From contig JBBDRO010000091.1 of the NCBI GenBank assembly GCA_040905425.1, forward strand, positions 1,963 to 18,978: DNA of 17,016 bases, given 5' to 3'. Positions 1 to 7,258 of the stretch are shown here, one piece after another. Under the pieces are notes generated by a model, which was not told where the DNA came from, did no database searches, and worked only from the letters and a program-made list of their open reading frames with translations. Positions within the stretch are counted from its first letter, which is position 1. Each line of letters begins with the position of its first letter. A program made the position numbers and the translations under genes. Origin of the DNA: Gemmatimonadota bacterium (GTDB taxonomy: Bacteria > Gemmatimonadota > Gemmatimonadetes > Longimicrobiales > RSA9).

Positions 1-1294
1 CCTCCGCGGCGCTGGCGGCGGCGTTGTCGAAGCGGATGGGCAGGCTCACCCACGCCGCCACCGGCTCGCCGTCCTTTTCGGCCGGCTCGAAGCGGATGCC
101 GCCGGCCACCTTCATGGCGGCCTTGTCGAGCGCCTCGTAGCCGGAGCTCTTCTTCAGCTGCATCTGCTCGACCCGCCCGTCCCTGCCCACGTAGAGCGAG
201 ACGTCCACCTGGCCGCCCATGCCGGCGTTCAGCAGCATCGGCGGATAGCTCGTCTCGATGAGCTTCTCGACCTCTTCGGGGTTGGCCATGCGCGGCGCTG
301 TGGTGTAGGCCGGCAGCCCGGCCTGGCTCTCCGCCGCGTCCGGGGCCTCCGCCACCTCCTCGGACATCTTCAGCGGATCCTGCGGCGAGGGCGCCTCGCA
401 GGCAAAGGCAATGGCGCCGGCGCTCACCGCCAGCAGGGCCAACAGACGCACGGCGGTCGGGCGGGCGGGTCGGTCGATCATCTTGCGTATCCTCGTCTCG
501 AGAGTCGTCCGTGGTTCCGAGAAGGCGGCCGCGGCGGCCAGCGGCATGCGCCGCGTGCGCGCGCCCATGGCCAGGAGCAGGTCGCCGTACGTACGCGCGT
601 CTGGGCGGCGGCGCAGCACACGGGCGTCGCAGTCCACCTCGATGGCCAGGCGGAGGCGGCGGAGCTGCCACCACGCCACGGGGTTCCAGGGCAGCAGCGC
701 CACCAGCAGCAGGCCGCCGCCCAGCAGGCGCGGGTCACCGGCGCGCAGGTGCTCCGCCTCGTGCTCCAGCATGAGGGTGCGGAGCGGCGGCGCCAGCTGC
801 AGCGCCCAAGCGGGCAGCACGATGCGGCCGCGCAGCAGACCGGCCACCGCCGGACCCACGTCCCGCGTGAGCAGCACGCGGTGCCCGTCCACGTCCGCCT
901 CCTGCCAGCCCCGACGCCGCAGCGCGAAGGCCAGCGCGGCCAGCGCCACCAGGAGCAGGATCGCCACGCTCGCCGCGGCCCAGCCGGCCAGCAGGAAACC
1001 GTCCAGGCGCTCCAGCCCAGCCGCCCACGGGAAGCCGCTCCCGGCAGCCGCGGCACCATCCGGCGCGCCCGCCGCGAGCGCGCCCAGGGTCACCTCACCG
1101 CCACCTGCACCGCCGGCGCCGCGCCGCAGCGCCAGATGCGCCAGCACGGGCGCCGCCGCGGAGCCCGCCAGCGCCGCGGCCCACACCCAGCGCAGCGGCC
1201 GGCCGAGCAGGTGGGCCACCTCCTCCAGCGCCCGCGCCGCCAGCGCCACGCAGGCGGACACCAGCACGGTCCAGAGCATCCAGGCAATGGTCAT
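1..1294 (-). CDS. M56 family (BlaR1/MecR1-like) metallopeptidase fused to a TonB C-terminal domain; 3' end lies beyond the left edge
   Basis: Manual translation from ATG at 1294, which overlaps the repressor stop (ATGA): MTIAWMLWTVLVSACVALAARALEE... Hydrophobic N-terminus; M56 motifs GPAVAGLLRGRIVLP, HEAEH (HExxH, 749-763), WNPVAWW...IEVDCDARVL and LETRIRKM. TonB_C-like region YPPMLLNAGMGGQVDVSLYVGRDGRVEQMQLKKSSGYEALDKAAMKVAGGIRFEPAEKDGEPVAAWVSLPIRF. No stop inside the window. Confidence 0.92.
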   Translation of the reverse strand, partial: MTIAWMLWTVLVSACVALAARALEEVAHLLGRPLRWVWAAALAGSAAAPVLAHLALRRGAGGAGGGEVTLGALAAGAPDGAAAAGSGFPWAAGLERLDGFLLAGWAAASVAILLLVALAALAFALRRRGWQEADVDGHRVLLTRDVGPAVAGLLRGRIVLPAWALQLAPPLRTLMLEHEAEHLRAGDPRLLGGGLLLVALLPWNPVAWWQLRRLRLAIEVDCDARVLRRRPDARTYGDLLLAMGARTRRMPLAAAAAFSEPRTTLETRIRKMIDRPARPTAVRLLALLAVSAGAIAFACEAPSPQDPLKMSEEVAEAPDAAESQAGLPAYTTAPRMANPEEVEKLIETSYPPMLLNAGMGGQVDVSLYVGRDGRVEQMQLKKSSGYEALDKAAMKVAGGIRFEPAEKDGEPVAAWVSLPIRFDNAAASAAE

Positions 1295-1668
1295 GCGCCG
1301 CCTCCCTTCCCCAAGCGCTCGTCCAGCAGGCCGCGCATGCGGCGGATCTCCTCGTCGGAGAGGCGCTCGCTGTCCACCAGGTGTGTGAGCAGCAGCTCGT
1401 TACTGCCGCGGAAGACCTTGCCCACGATGCGCCGGAGCGCGCTCTCACCGGCCACCTCGCGCTCCACGAGCGGGTGGTAGCGGTAGGCCTTGCCCTCCTC
1501 CTCGTGGCCCACGTGCCCCTTCTGCTCCAGGGTGCGCAGCACGGTGAGGACGGTGGTGTAGGCCAGCGGGTCGGTGATGCGCTCGCGCACCTCGGCCACG
1601 GTGGCGGGGCCGTGGTCCCAGAGCACCGCCATGACGTCCAGCTCGCGGTCCGTGAAGATGATGTCCAA
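1291..1668 (-). CDS. BlaI/MecI/CopY family transcriptional repressor
   Basis: TDRELDVMAVLWDHGPATVAEVRE...LAYTTVLTVLRTLEQKGHV...GKAYRYHP...LSDEEIRRMRGLL is a typical penicillinase-repressor winged helix. Start placed at TTG 1668 because GGAGG lies 5 nt upstream; the ORF track starts at TTG 1680. Confidence 0.95.
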   Translation of the reverse strand: MDIIFTDRELDVMAVLWDHGPATVAEVRERITDPLAYTTVLTVLRTLEQKGHVGHEEEGKAYRYHPLVEREVAGESALRRIVGKVFRGSNELLLTHLVDSERLSDEEIRRMRGLLDERLGKGGGA

Positions 1669-1677
1669 GCGGGCCTC

Positions 1678-1741
1678 CAACTAGGGTTGTAGTTCAATGC
1701 TAACACGCTGCCGCCGCGCTGTCAACGATGCTTGTAGTTGA
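1678..1741. promoter_or_regulatory. Two operator-like inverted repeats (AAC[T/G]A-N6-TAGTT), probable binding sites of the BlaI-family repressor
   Basis: cAACTA-gggttg-TAGTTc (1678-1695) and TCAACgA-tgcttg-TAGTTGA (1722-1741). Both contain TTGTAGTT, 45 bp apart. One overlaps the -35 box and the other the predicted +1 region. Confidence 0.7.
1697..1725 (-). promoter_or_regulatory. sigma70-type promoter for the repressor/M56 operon
   Basis: Minus strand reads TTGACA (1725-1720), 17 nt, TAGCAT (1702-1697), with an extended -10 TG two bases upstream of the hexamer. Very close to consensus despite the GC-rich background. Confidence 0.8.
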
Positions 1742-1848
1742 TAGGATGACGAGGGAGCGAAGCAGCGTCGCCGAGCGCGCTGCACCCGACGGGCATCGTC
1801 GCTTTGAAAATCACACGTGGCATGGACCGTGAAGCCACGCGGCGCCCC

Positions 1849-2862
1849 ATGAGCACGAAGCAGCAGGATTGGTGGACGCGCGAGGGGGACCCGGAACGAG
1901 GTTTCCGCTACGTGGGGCTGAACGGGCAGCCGCTCTCCGCGGAGCGCAAACTGGCGCGCATCGACGCCCTGGTGATCCCGCCCGCCTGGACCGAGGTGCA
2001 CATCTCCCCGGACCCGAAGCGGAAGATCCAGGCGTTCGGGCGCGATCAGCGCGACCGCAAACAGTACATCTACAGCGAGCAGGCCGTGGCCGACCGCGAC
2101 GCGCGCAAGTGGAACCGCGTGCTCAAGGTGGCGCGCTCGCTCCCCGCCCTGCGCGCCGCCACGAACACGGATCTGCAGCGGCCGGAACTGGACCGCGAGA
2201 AGGTGCTTGCCACCGTGGTGCGCCTCATGACGCGCGCCTACTTCCGCGCCGGCAGCGAGCGCTACGCCGTGGAGAACCGCACCTTCGGCATCTGCACGCT
2301 GAAGAAGAAGCACCTGGACATCCGCGGTCGGAGCCTCCACTTCAGCTACACGGGCAAGCGCAGCAAGGACCAGCGGCAGGTGGTGGCGGACACGCCGCTC
2401 GTGGAGATCGTGGAGGAGCTGATGGAGCTGCCCGGCCCGCGCCTCTTCCAGTACCAGGTGGAGCGCAAGCGCCGGCCGGTCACGGCGGAGGACGTGAACA
2501 GCTACATCCGGGAAGTGCTCGGCCAGAAGGTCACCTCCAAGGATCTGCGTACTTTCGGCGGCACCGTGCGCGCCGCCACCGTGCTGGCCGACATCGGCCC
2601 CGCGAAATCCGAGCGCGAGGCGCACAAGAACGTGGTCATGACCTGCCGATTGGTGGCCTCCGAGCTGGGCAACACGCCCGCCATCTGCCGGAAGGCCTAC
2701 ATCCACCCCGCCGTGCTCGAGGAGTACGAGAGCGCGGGCAGGACGGTGGACAGCGACGCCGCCCGTGCGGCCGCCAAGCACCCGCAGGTGGAGTCCCGCG
2801 AGCCGCTGGATTACTACCCCGAGGAGAAGGCCCTCATTAGCTTTCTCGAGGCCTACGGCTAA
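1849..2862 (+). CDS. DNA topoisomerase IB (bacterial, poxvirus-like)
   Basis: IPPAWTEVHI, GRDQRDRKQYIY, FRAGSERYA, FSYTGK, KDLRTFGGT and LGNTPAICRKAYIHP (catalytic Tyr; Asn at the His position, as in bacterial TopIB). Start uncertain (1804 TTG, 1822 or 1849 ATG). Confidence 0.93.
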   Translation: MSTKQQDWWTREGDPERGFRYVGLNGQPLSAERKLARIDALVIPPAWTEVHISPDPKRKIQAFGRDQRDRKQYIYSEQAVADRDARKWNRVLKVARSLPALRAATNTDLQRPELDREKVLATVVRLMTRAYFRAGSERYAVENRTFGICTLKKKHLDIRGRSLHFSYTGKRSKDQRQVVADTPLVEIVEELMELPGPRLFQYQVERKRRPVTAEDVNSYIREVLGQKVTSKDLRTFGGTVRAATVLADIGPAKSEREAHKNVVMTCRLVASELGNTPAICRKAYIHPAVLEEYESAGRTVDSDAARAAAKHPQVESREPLDYYPEEKALISFLEAYG

Positions 2863-3671
2863 GCGACGTCCCCGTTCCGCTCCCCGGGCACCCCAGCGGC
2901 CGCACCCGTCTCCTCCCGCGGGGCGCGCCGCTCCGGAGCGCGCGTCTCCCACACGTGAAAGTCCGCGCCGGCCGCGCTCAGCACGTGGTGCGCCACGTTG
3001 AATACGGGCACACCGCCCGGCGTCCGCCCCTCGCGCACGCCCAGGTGGGCGTGGCCGTGGAAGACCACGTCCGCGCCCAGGGTGTCGATGGGCTGCACCA
3101 GCCGCGAGGAGCCCAGGAACGGATAGATCACCTCCGGCTCCCCCCGCAGCGTGTCCGGTATGGGCGCATAGTGGAGCACAACCACTCGTGTGTCCGTCTC
3201 CAGCTCGTGGAGCGCCTTCTCCAGCTTCAGCGCCTCGTCCAGGGCGTGCTGCACAAAGGCCTTGATGAGCGGTTCGCCGAAGGGGCCGAGCGCGCTCCGC
3301 CCGAAGCCGCCGGCAAAGCCCTTGGTGCCCGCGAAGCCTACGCCCTGGATGACCACCGCATCCCCGTTCAGAACATGGACGCCGCGCTCTGCCAGGATGG
3401 CGGTGCATTCTTCTGCATGGTCGGTCTCGTAATCGTGATTGCCCAGCACCCCCACCATGGGGATGTCCACCCCCGAGAGCTCCTCCACGAAGGCCTCCAT
3501 CTGCTCCGGGCGGCCGTGCGTGGTCATGTCCCCCGCCAGCACCAGGATGTCCGCGTTGCGCTCCGCCTCGGCAAAGATCTCCCGCAGCTCGCCCTGCCGC
3601 GGATGGTCGAAGTGGAGGTCCGCCACGGCAGCGATGCGCACCGCCCGCTGGGTGTCATTCTGCTCGTCCAT
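2859..3671 (-). CDS. Calcineurin-like metallophosphoesterase
   Basis: Motifs ADLH, LAGD, LGNHDY, LHYAP and FHGHAH in canonical order; GAGGAG RBS upstream; its stop overlaps the topoisomerase stop (convergent). Confidence 0.92.
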   Translation of the reverse strand: MDEQNDTQRAVRIAAVADLHFDHPRQGELREIFAEAERNADILVLAGDMTTHGRPEQMEAFVEELSGVDIPMVGVLGNHDYETDHAEECTAILAERGVHVLNGDAVVIQGVGFAGTKGFAGGFGRSALGPFGEPLIKAFVQHALDEALKLEKALHELETDTRVVVLHYAPIPDTLRGEPEVIYPFLGSSRLVQPIDTLGADVVFHGHAHLGVREGRTPGGVPVFNVAHHVLSAAGADFHVWETRAPERRAPREETGAAAGVPGERNGDVA

Positions 3672-3679
3672 GCTCCTCC

Positions 3680-4588
3680 TCAGTCCTTTTCGTCCTCGGC
3701 GTGGCCGCGGTCATCCCAGACATCGCTGCTCTCGATCTCCTGGATAACCGGCAAATCGCAGGTGGCGGACACGGCCGCGCTGCGGTAGTCCTCGAAGCCC
3801 CACTCGTTCACGTCGATGGCAAAAGAGAAGCGGCTGAAGAGCGTGCCCTGGCAGATGTCCGGGTCACCCGGCTCGTCGATCTCGTCGGCCGCCCGCGCAT
3901 AGAGCTCCTCCCGAATGCGGCGGGGAATGCGGGTGCGGTGCCCGGGGTAGACGAAGTCGAAGAGATGCACCTGGACGAGCAGCAGTCGCCAGTGATCCTG
4001 CAGACGCTGGAGGATGCGATCCCAGCGCAGTTCGTCGCCGCGGCAGAGCATGAGGTGGAGCACGTCGGCCATGTCCGAGCGATGGCGCTCGTGCACGAAC
4101 AACCGGTGCCAGAGCAGCTCCTCGGGCGGCGCCACGCGCACGGGCACGCCGGCCAGGATGCCGGCGCGCGAGTGCTCCCACCAGCCGCGGTCGATGAGGG
4201 CCAAGCCGTTGCCCATGCCGAAGATGAAGTCCACCTGGCGGTCGCCGTCCATGGCCTTGGCCAGCCAGTGGGGCTCGGCCAGGCGCACACGAAAGTCGGC
4301 GGCCTTGAGGATCTCGGCGGCGCGGATCACGTCCCCCGGCTCCACGAACAGGTCCAGGTCCTTGGTCTCGCGGTAGATGCCCGTGTACTCGTAGATGGCA
4401 TAGAGGCCGCTGACCACGTAGCGCAGCCCCGCCGTGTTCAACGCCCTGAGCGCGCGCGCGTAGACCTCCCGCTCACCCTGCGGGATCCAGAATTCGCCGT
4501 GGGTGACGGAGCGCTGCTCCGCCCCGCTCAGCCGAGCCGCCGACAGTGTCGGCGGCGGACTGGCGGGCTCGCCTGTCCCTGCCGTCAT
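3680..4588 (-). CDS. Nucleotidyltransferase family protein (Pol-beta-like fold), function unknown
   Basis: YVVSGLYAIYEYTGIYRETKDLDLFV (G...R.T.D.D signature), VDFIFG and HRSDMADVLHL. ATG at 4588 has GAGG upstream; the ORF track extends to 4654. Lies 8 bp upstream of the phosphoesterase. Confidence 0.8.
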   Translation of the reverse strand: MTAGTGEPASPPPTLSAARLSGAEQRSVTHGEFWIPQGEREVYARALRALNTAGLRYVVSGLYAIYEYTGIYRETKDLDLFVEPGDVIRAAEILKAADFRVRLAEPHWLAKAMDGDRQVDFIFGMGNGLALIDRGWWEHSRAGILAGVPVRVAPPEELLWHRLFVHERHRSDMADVLHLMLCRGDELRWDRILQRLQDHWRLLLVQVHLFDFVYPGHRTRIPRRIREELYARAADEIDEPGDPDICQGTLFSRFSFAIDVNEWGFEDYRSAAVSATCDLPVIQEIESSDVWDDRGHAEDEKD

Positions 4589-4703
4589 GCTGCCTCGATG
4601 GTGAACGCCCTGCCGGCGCCGCTGGGGAGCAAGGATCGCGCCGGCCCCGGGCATTCGTGATCGCGGCTTTCCCCGGCTTCCCCGGGTGCATTAGCTTGCC
4701 GGC

Positions 4704-5255
4704 ATGTTCGACGACTGGAAGGATGCCTGGCGCGAGGCGGTGGAGAATTTCCGCCGCGAGCTGGGCGAGGCGGAGGAAGGCGGCGCGGACGGGCCCGTTC
4801 ACGTGCGCGCCATGCGCCGCGAACTGTCCACCGTGCGCGGTGCGCTGCACCGCCTGGACACGGAAATCGCCCGCGCGCGTGACGGCGCCAGCTCGGAACG
4901 CGAATCGGAGCGGGTGTGCCGTCGGCGCGAGGAGATGGCGCGCGGCATCGGGGACCAGGAAACGGTCGAGGTAGCCGCGGGCTTCGCGGAGCGGCACGCC
5001 AGGCGCGCCGCGGTGCTCGAGCGGAAGGTGGCGGTGCTCACCGAGGAGCGCGAACTCCTCGCGGCCGACGTTGCCGCCATGGAGGAGGCCGTGAACGCGC
5101 AGCCGGACATGGAACCCGGCGTGCGCACCGCCATCCTGGACAGCCTGCAGGATGACGCGGAGCGCCGCGACGGCCAGGACCGCCGCTTCCGAGCCATGGA
5201 GCGCGAGGCGCGGGCCGCCGAGCGGTTGGAAGAGCTGAAGCGGAAGCACCAGTGA
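4704..5255 (+). CDS. Coiled-coil hypothetical protein, weakly PspA/IM30-like
   Basis: Helical and charge-rich: amphipathic N-terminus MFDDWKDAWREAVENFRREL, long E/R/A heptads, C-terminal FRAMEREARAAERLEELKRK. GTGA overlap with the next gene. Confidence 0.7.
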   Translation: MFDDWKDAWREAVENFRRELGEAEEGGADGPVHVRAMRRELSTVRGALHRLDTEIARARDGASSERESERVCRRREEMARGIGDQETVEVAAGFAERHARRAAVLERKVAVLTEERELLAADVAAMEEAVNAQPDMEPGVRTAILDSLQDDAERRDGQDRRFRAMEREARAAERLEELKRKHQ

Positions 5256-5809
5256 GCGCGCCGCGTCCCGACCGTGACGACTACTACATGGGCATTGCCA
5301 TGGCCGTGCGGCGGCGGGCCAACTGCGTGGGCAACAAGGTGGGCGCGGTGCTGGTGCTCAAGGACCGCATCATCTCCACCGGCTACAACGGCACCCCGCA
5401 GGGCATGCGCAACTGTGACGAGGGGGGCTGCGAGCGCTGCGCCCAACGTGACCGCTTTCCCCCGGGGGAGGCCTACGACCTGTGCATCTGCGTGCACGCG
5501 GAGCAGAACGCGCTGCTCACCGCGGCGCGCTTCGGCATCGGCGCGGAGGGCGCGGTCCTCTACACCACCCTCCGCCCCTGCTTCGGCTGTCTGAAGGAAG
5601 CCCTGCAGGGCGGGGTCACGGAGGTGCGCTACCTGCACGACTGGAGCTGTCCAGAGGCTATGCGGGTGCAGTATGACATCCTGGAGAGCCACTTCCCGGC
5701 GGGCGTCCGGCAGGTGCACCTGGAGGATCCGGAAGCGGCCTGGGCGGTGTCGCGCCGGCCGGCGGATACCGGGCCGCCCGCGCCCGATCCGCCGCCCTAC
5801 GCCGGGTAG
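5252..5809 (+). CDS. dCMP deaminase family protein (ComEB/deoxycytidylate deaminase-like)
   Basis: DDYYMGIAMAVRRRANC, VGAVLV, STGYNGTP, zinc motifs HAEQNA and PCFGC. Confidence 0.92.
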   Translation: MSAPRPDRDDYYMGIAMAVRRRANCVGNKVGAVLVLKDRIISTGYNGTPQGMRNCDEGGCERCAQRDRFPPGEAYDLCICVHAEQNALLTAARFGIGAEGAVLYTTLRPCFGCLKEALQGGVTEVRYLHDWSCPEAMRVQYDILESHFPAGVRQVHLEDPEAAWAVSRRPADTGPPAPDPPPYAG

Positions 5810-5832
5810 CGCGCCGGGGCGAGCGGCGTGAT

Positions 5833-7251
5833 TCAGCCCCCGGTGGAATCCGGCGGCTCGGGCGGCAGGGGCGGTTCGAAGGACACGTTCTCGGCGGCAC
5901 GCAGCCGCTCACGAAGCCCCGCGGCCACGGCATAGATCGGCCGCGTCCGGTCGTGGGGCTCCCCCGGCTCCAGGTAGCCCTCACCGCTCGTGAACGTGTC
6001 GGGCACGGGTTCGGCCAAGGCCACGGCCACCGTGATGCTCAGGGAGTCACCGGGACGCATCGTGAATGGTCCCGCACTGACGGTGATGCGCATGTCGGAC
6101 GGCACGGACGGCAGGAAGCCGATGCCCAGATCCGGGTGATCCGGCGCGAAGGGCCGGTTGCCGCTCAGCATGTACCACCCCACGCGCTCGTTGCTCCGGC
6201 CCGCGCCCCAGTCTTCCGCCACGCGCGGATAACCGTTCAGCACCACCCGCGCGCCGACCGGTGCCTCCAGCAGGCGGAGTCCCACGAGCGCCGGGTGCCG
6301 GTTCCACCCCCCGCTGAAATTGCTCTCGAAGAAATTGCCGTCGTAGAGGATCGTGCTCTGCAGCTCCGGATCGTAGGTCAGCACGTCGTCGTCGGGGTTG
6401 CCGATGTCAGCGTCCAGGACGTAGCCCAGGAAGACCTGGTGCAGTGTGACGCCGGTGCGCGGCACGCCCGGGTCCATACGCTGGTAGCTCTCGCGATTGG
6501 TGATGTTGTGGTAGGTCAGTCGGATCACCACCACCCCCTCCGTAGCGTCCTCCGCCACGATCTGCTGCCGGATGGCCACCCCGCGCGCGGGTGACGGAGT
6601 GCGTGACACGAAGCGCGGCAGCGGGACCACCCAGCTCGTCTGGTCCACGTACACCCGCCCCTCACCCTCGACGACCGTGCTGGTGGGGCGCCCCGCCAGG
6701 ACCGGTTGATCGTAGACACCGAGCGCCACCGTATCCCCACTCATCACCGCGGCGAAGACCGGCATGCCCGAGGACGTGTAGCTGTTCGTGCTCCCGGCCG
6801 GATAGAAGAGCCCGTTCTCGGTGGCGTCGTGCAGGAAGTGCGCGCCCACGGGATTGGTGGCGAAGCGCATCCCGGCGGCCGTGTGGTAGCGGTGCCGGCC
6901 CGCGTAGCAGGCCGGGTCCCCGCAGCGCAGCACCAGCGGCCCCATCAGGACCGGCACTTCCTCCTCGTTGGGGATGGCCACGTTGGCCAGGTAACGGTAG
7001 GTGAGCCCGAGCGTGTCCAGGCGGGCCTGGACCTGGTGGCGTGATCCCAGGCCGAAGACCGTGTCCGGCGTGAAGCGCCCCGACTCCCGGCCGTCCACCA
7101 GGATGCGGGCGCCCGGAGGGTCCGATTCCACGAGGAGGCGGAGCCCGTCGGAGGGCCCGAACGGGTCCTCGTCGGTGGCGCAGCTCACGCCCGCCGCCAG
7201 CATGACGGTGGCGAGCAGCGGCCTCCAGGTCCGCCTGCTTGATCTCCTCAT
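5833..7251 (-). CDS. PEGA-domain lipoprotein
   Basis: ATG at 7251 gives MRRSSRRTWRPLLATVMLAAGVSC (basic n-region, hydrophobic stretch, lipobox Cys), then PEGA-like LLVESDPPGARILVDGRESGRFTP and a large beta-rich C-terminal domain. The ORF-track extension to 7473 overlaps the upstream gene and is unlikely. Confidence 0.8.
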   Translation of the reverse strand: MRRSSRRTWRPLLATVMLAAGVSCATDEDPFGPSDGLRLLVESDPPGARILVDGRESGRFTPDTVFGLGSRHQVQARLDTLGLTYRYLANVAIPNEEEVPVLMGPLVLRCGDPACYAGRHRYHTAAGMRFATNPVGAHFLHDATENGLFYPAGSTNSYTSSGMPVFAAVMSGDTVALGVYDQPVLAGRPTSTVVEGEGRVYVDQTSWVVPLPRFVSRTPSPARGVAIRQQIVAEDATEGVVVIRLTYHNITNRESYQRMDPGVPRTGVTLHQVFLGYVLDADIGNPDDDVLTYDPELQSTILYDGNFFESNFSGGWNRHPALVGLRLLEAPVGARVVLNGYPRVAEDWGAGRSNERVGWYMLSGNRPFAPDHPDLGIGFLPSVPSDMRITVSAGPFTMRPGDSLSITVAVALAEPVPDTFTSGEGYLEPGEPHDRTRPIYAVAAGLRERLRAAENVSFEPPLPPEPPDSTGG

Positions 7252-7258
7252 GCCCCGC

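Noticed and set aside
1849..2862. Tyrosine recombinase/integrase or prophage marker
   Set aside because: Motifs are specifically TopIB-type, and no att sites, tRNA, phage or transposase genes are nearby.
3680..4588. CBASS CD-NTase interpretation
   Set aside because: No Cap effector or Cap2/Cap3 genes are adjacent, and the motif layout fits small uncharacterised NTases rather than cGAS/DncV-like enzymes.
5252..5809. Anti-phage dCTP deaminase (AvcD-like) interpretation
   Set aside because: It is a single deaminase domain with no N-terminal P-loop kinase domain, so it fits an ordinary dCMP deaminase better.
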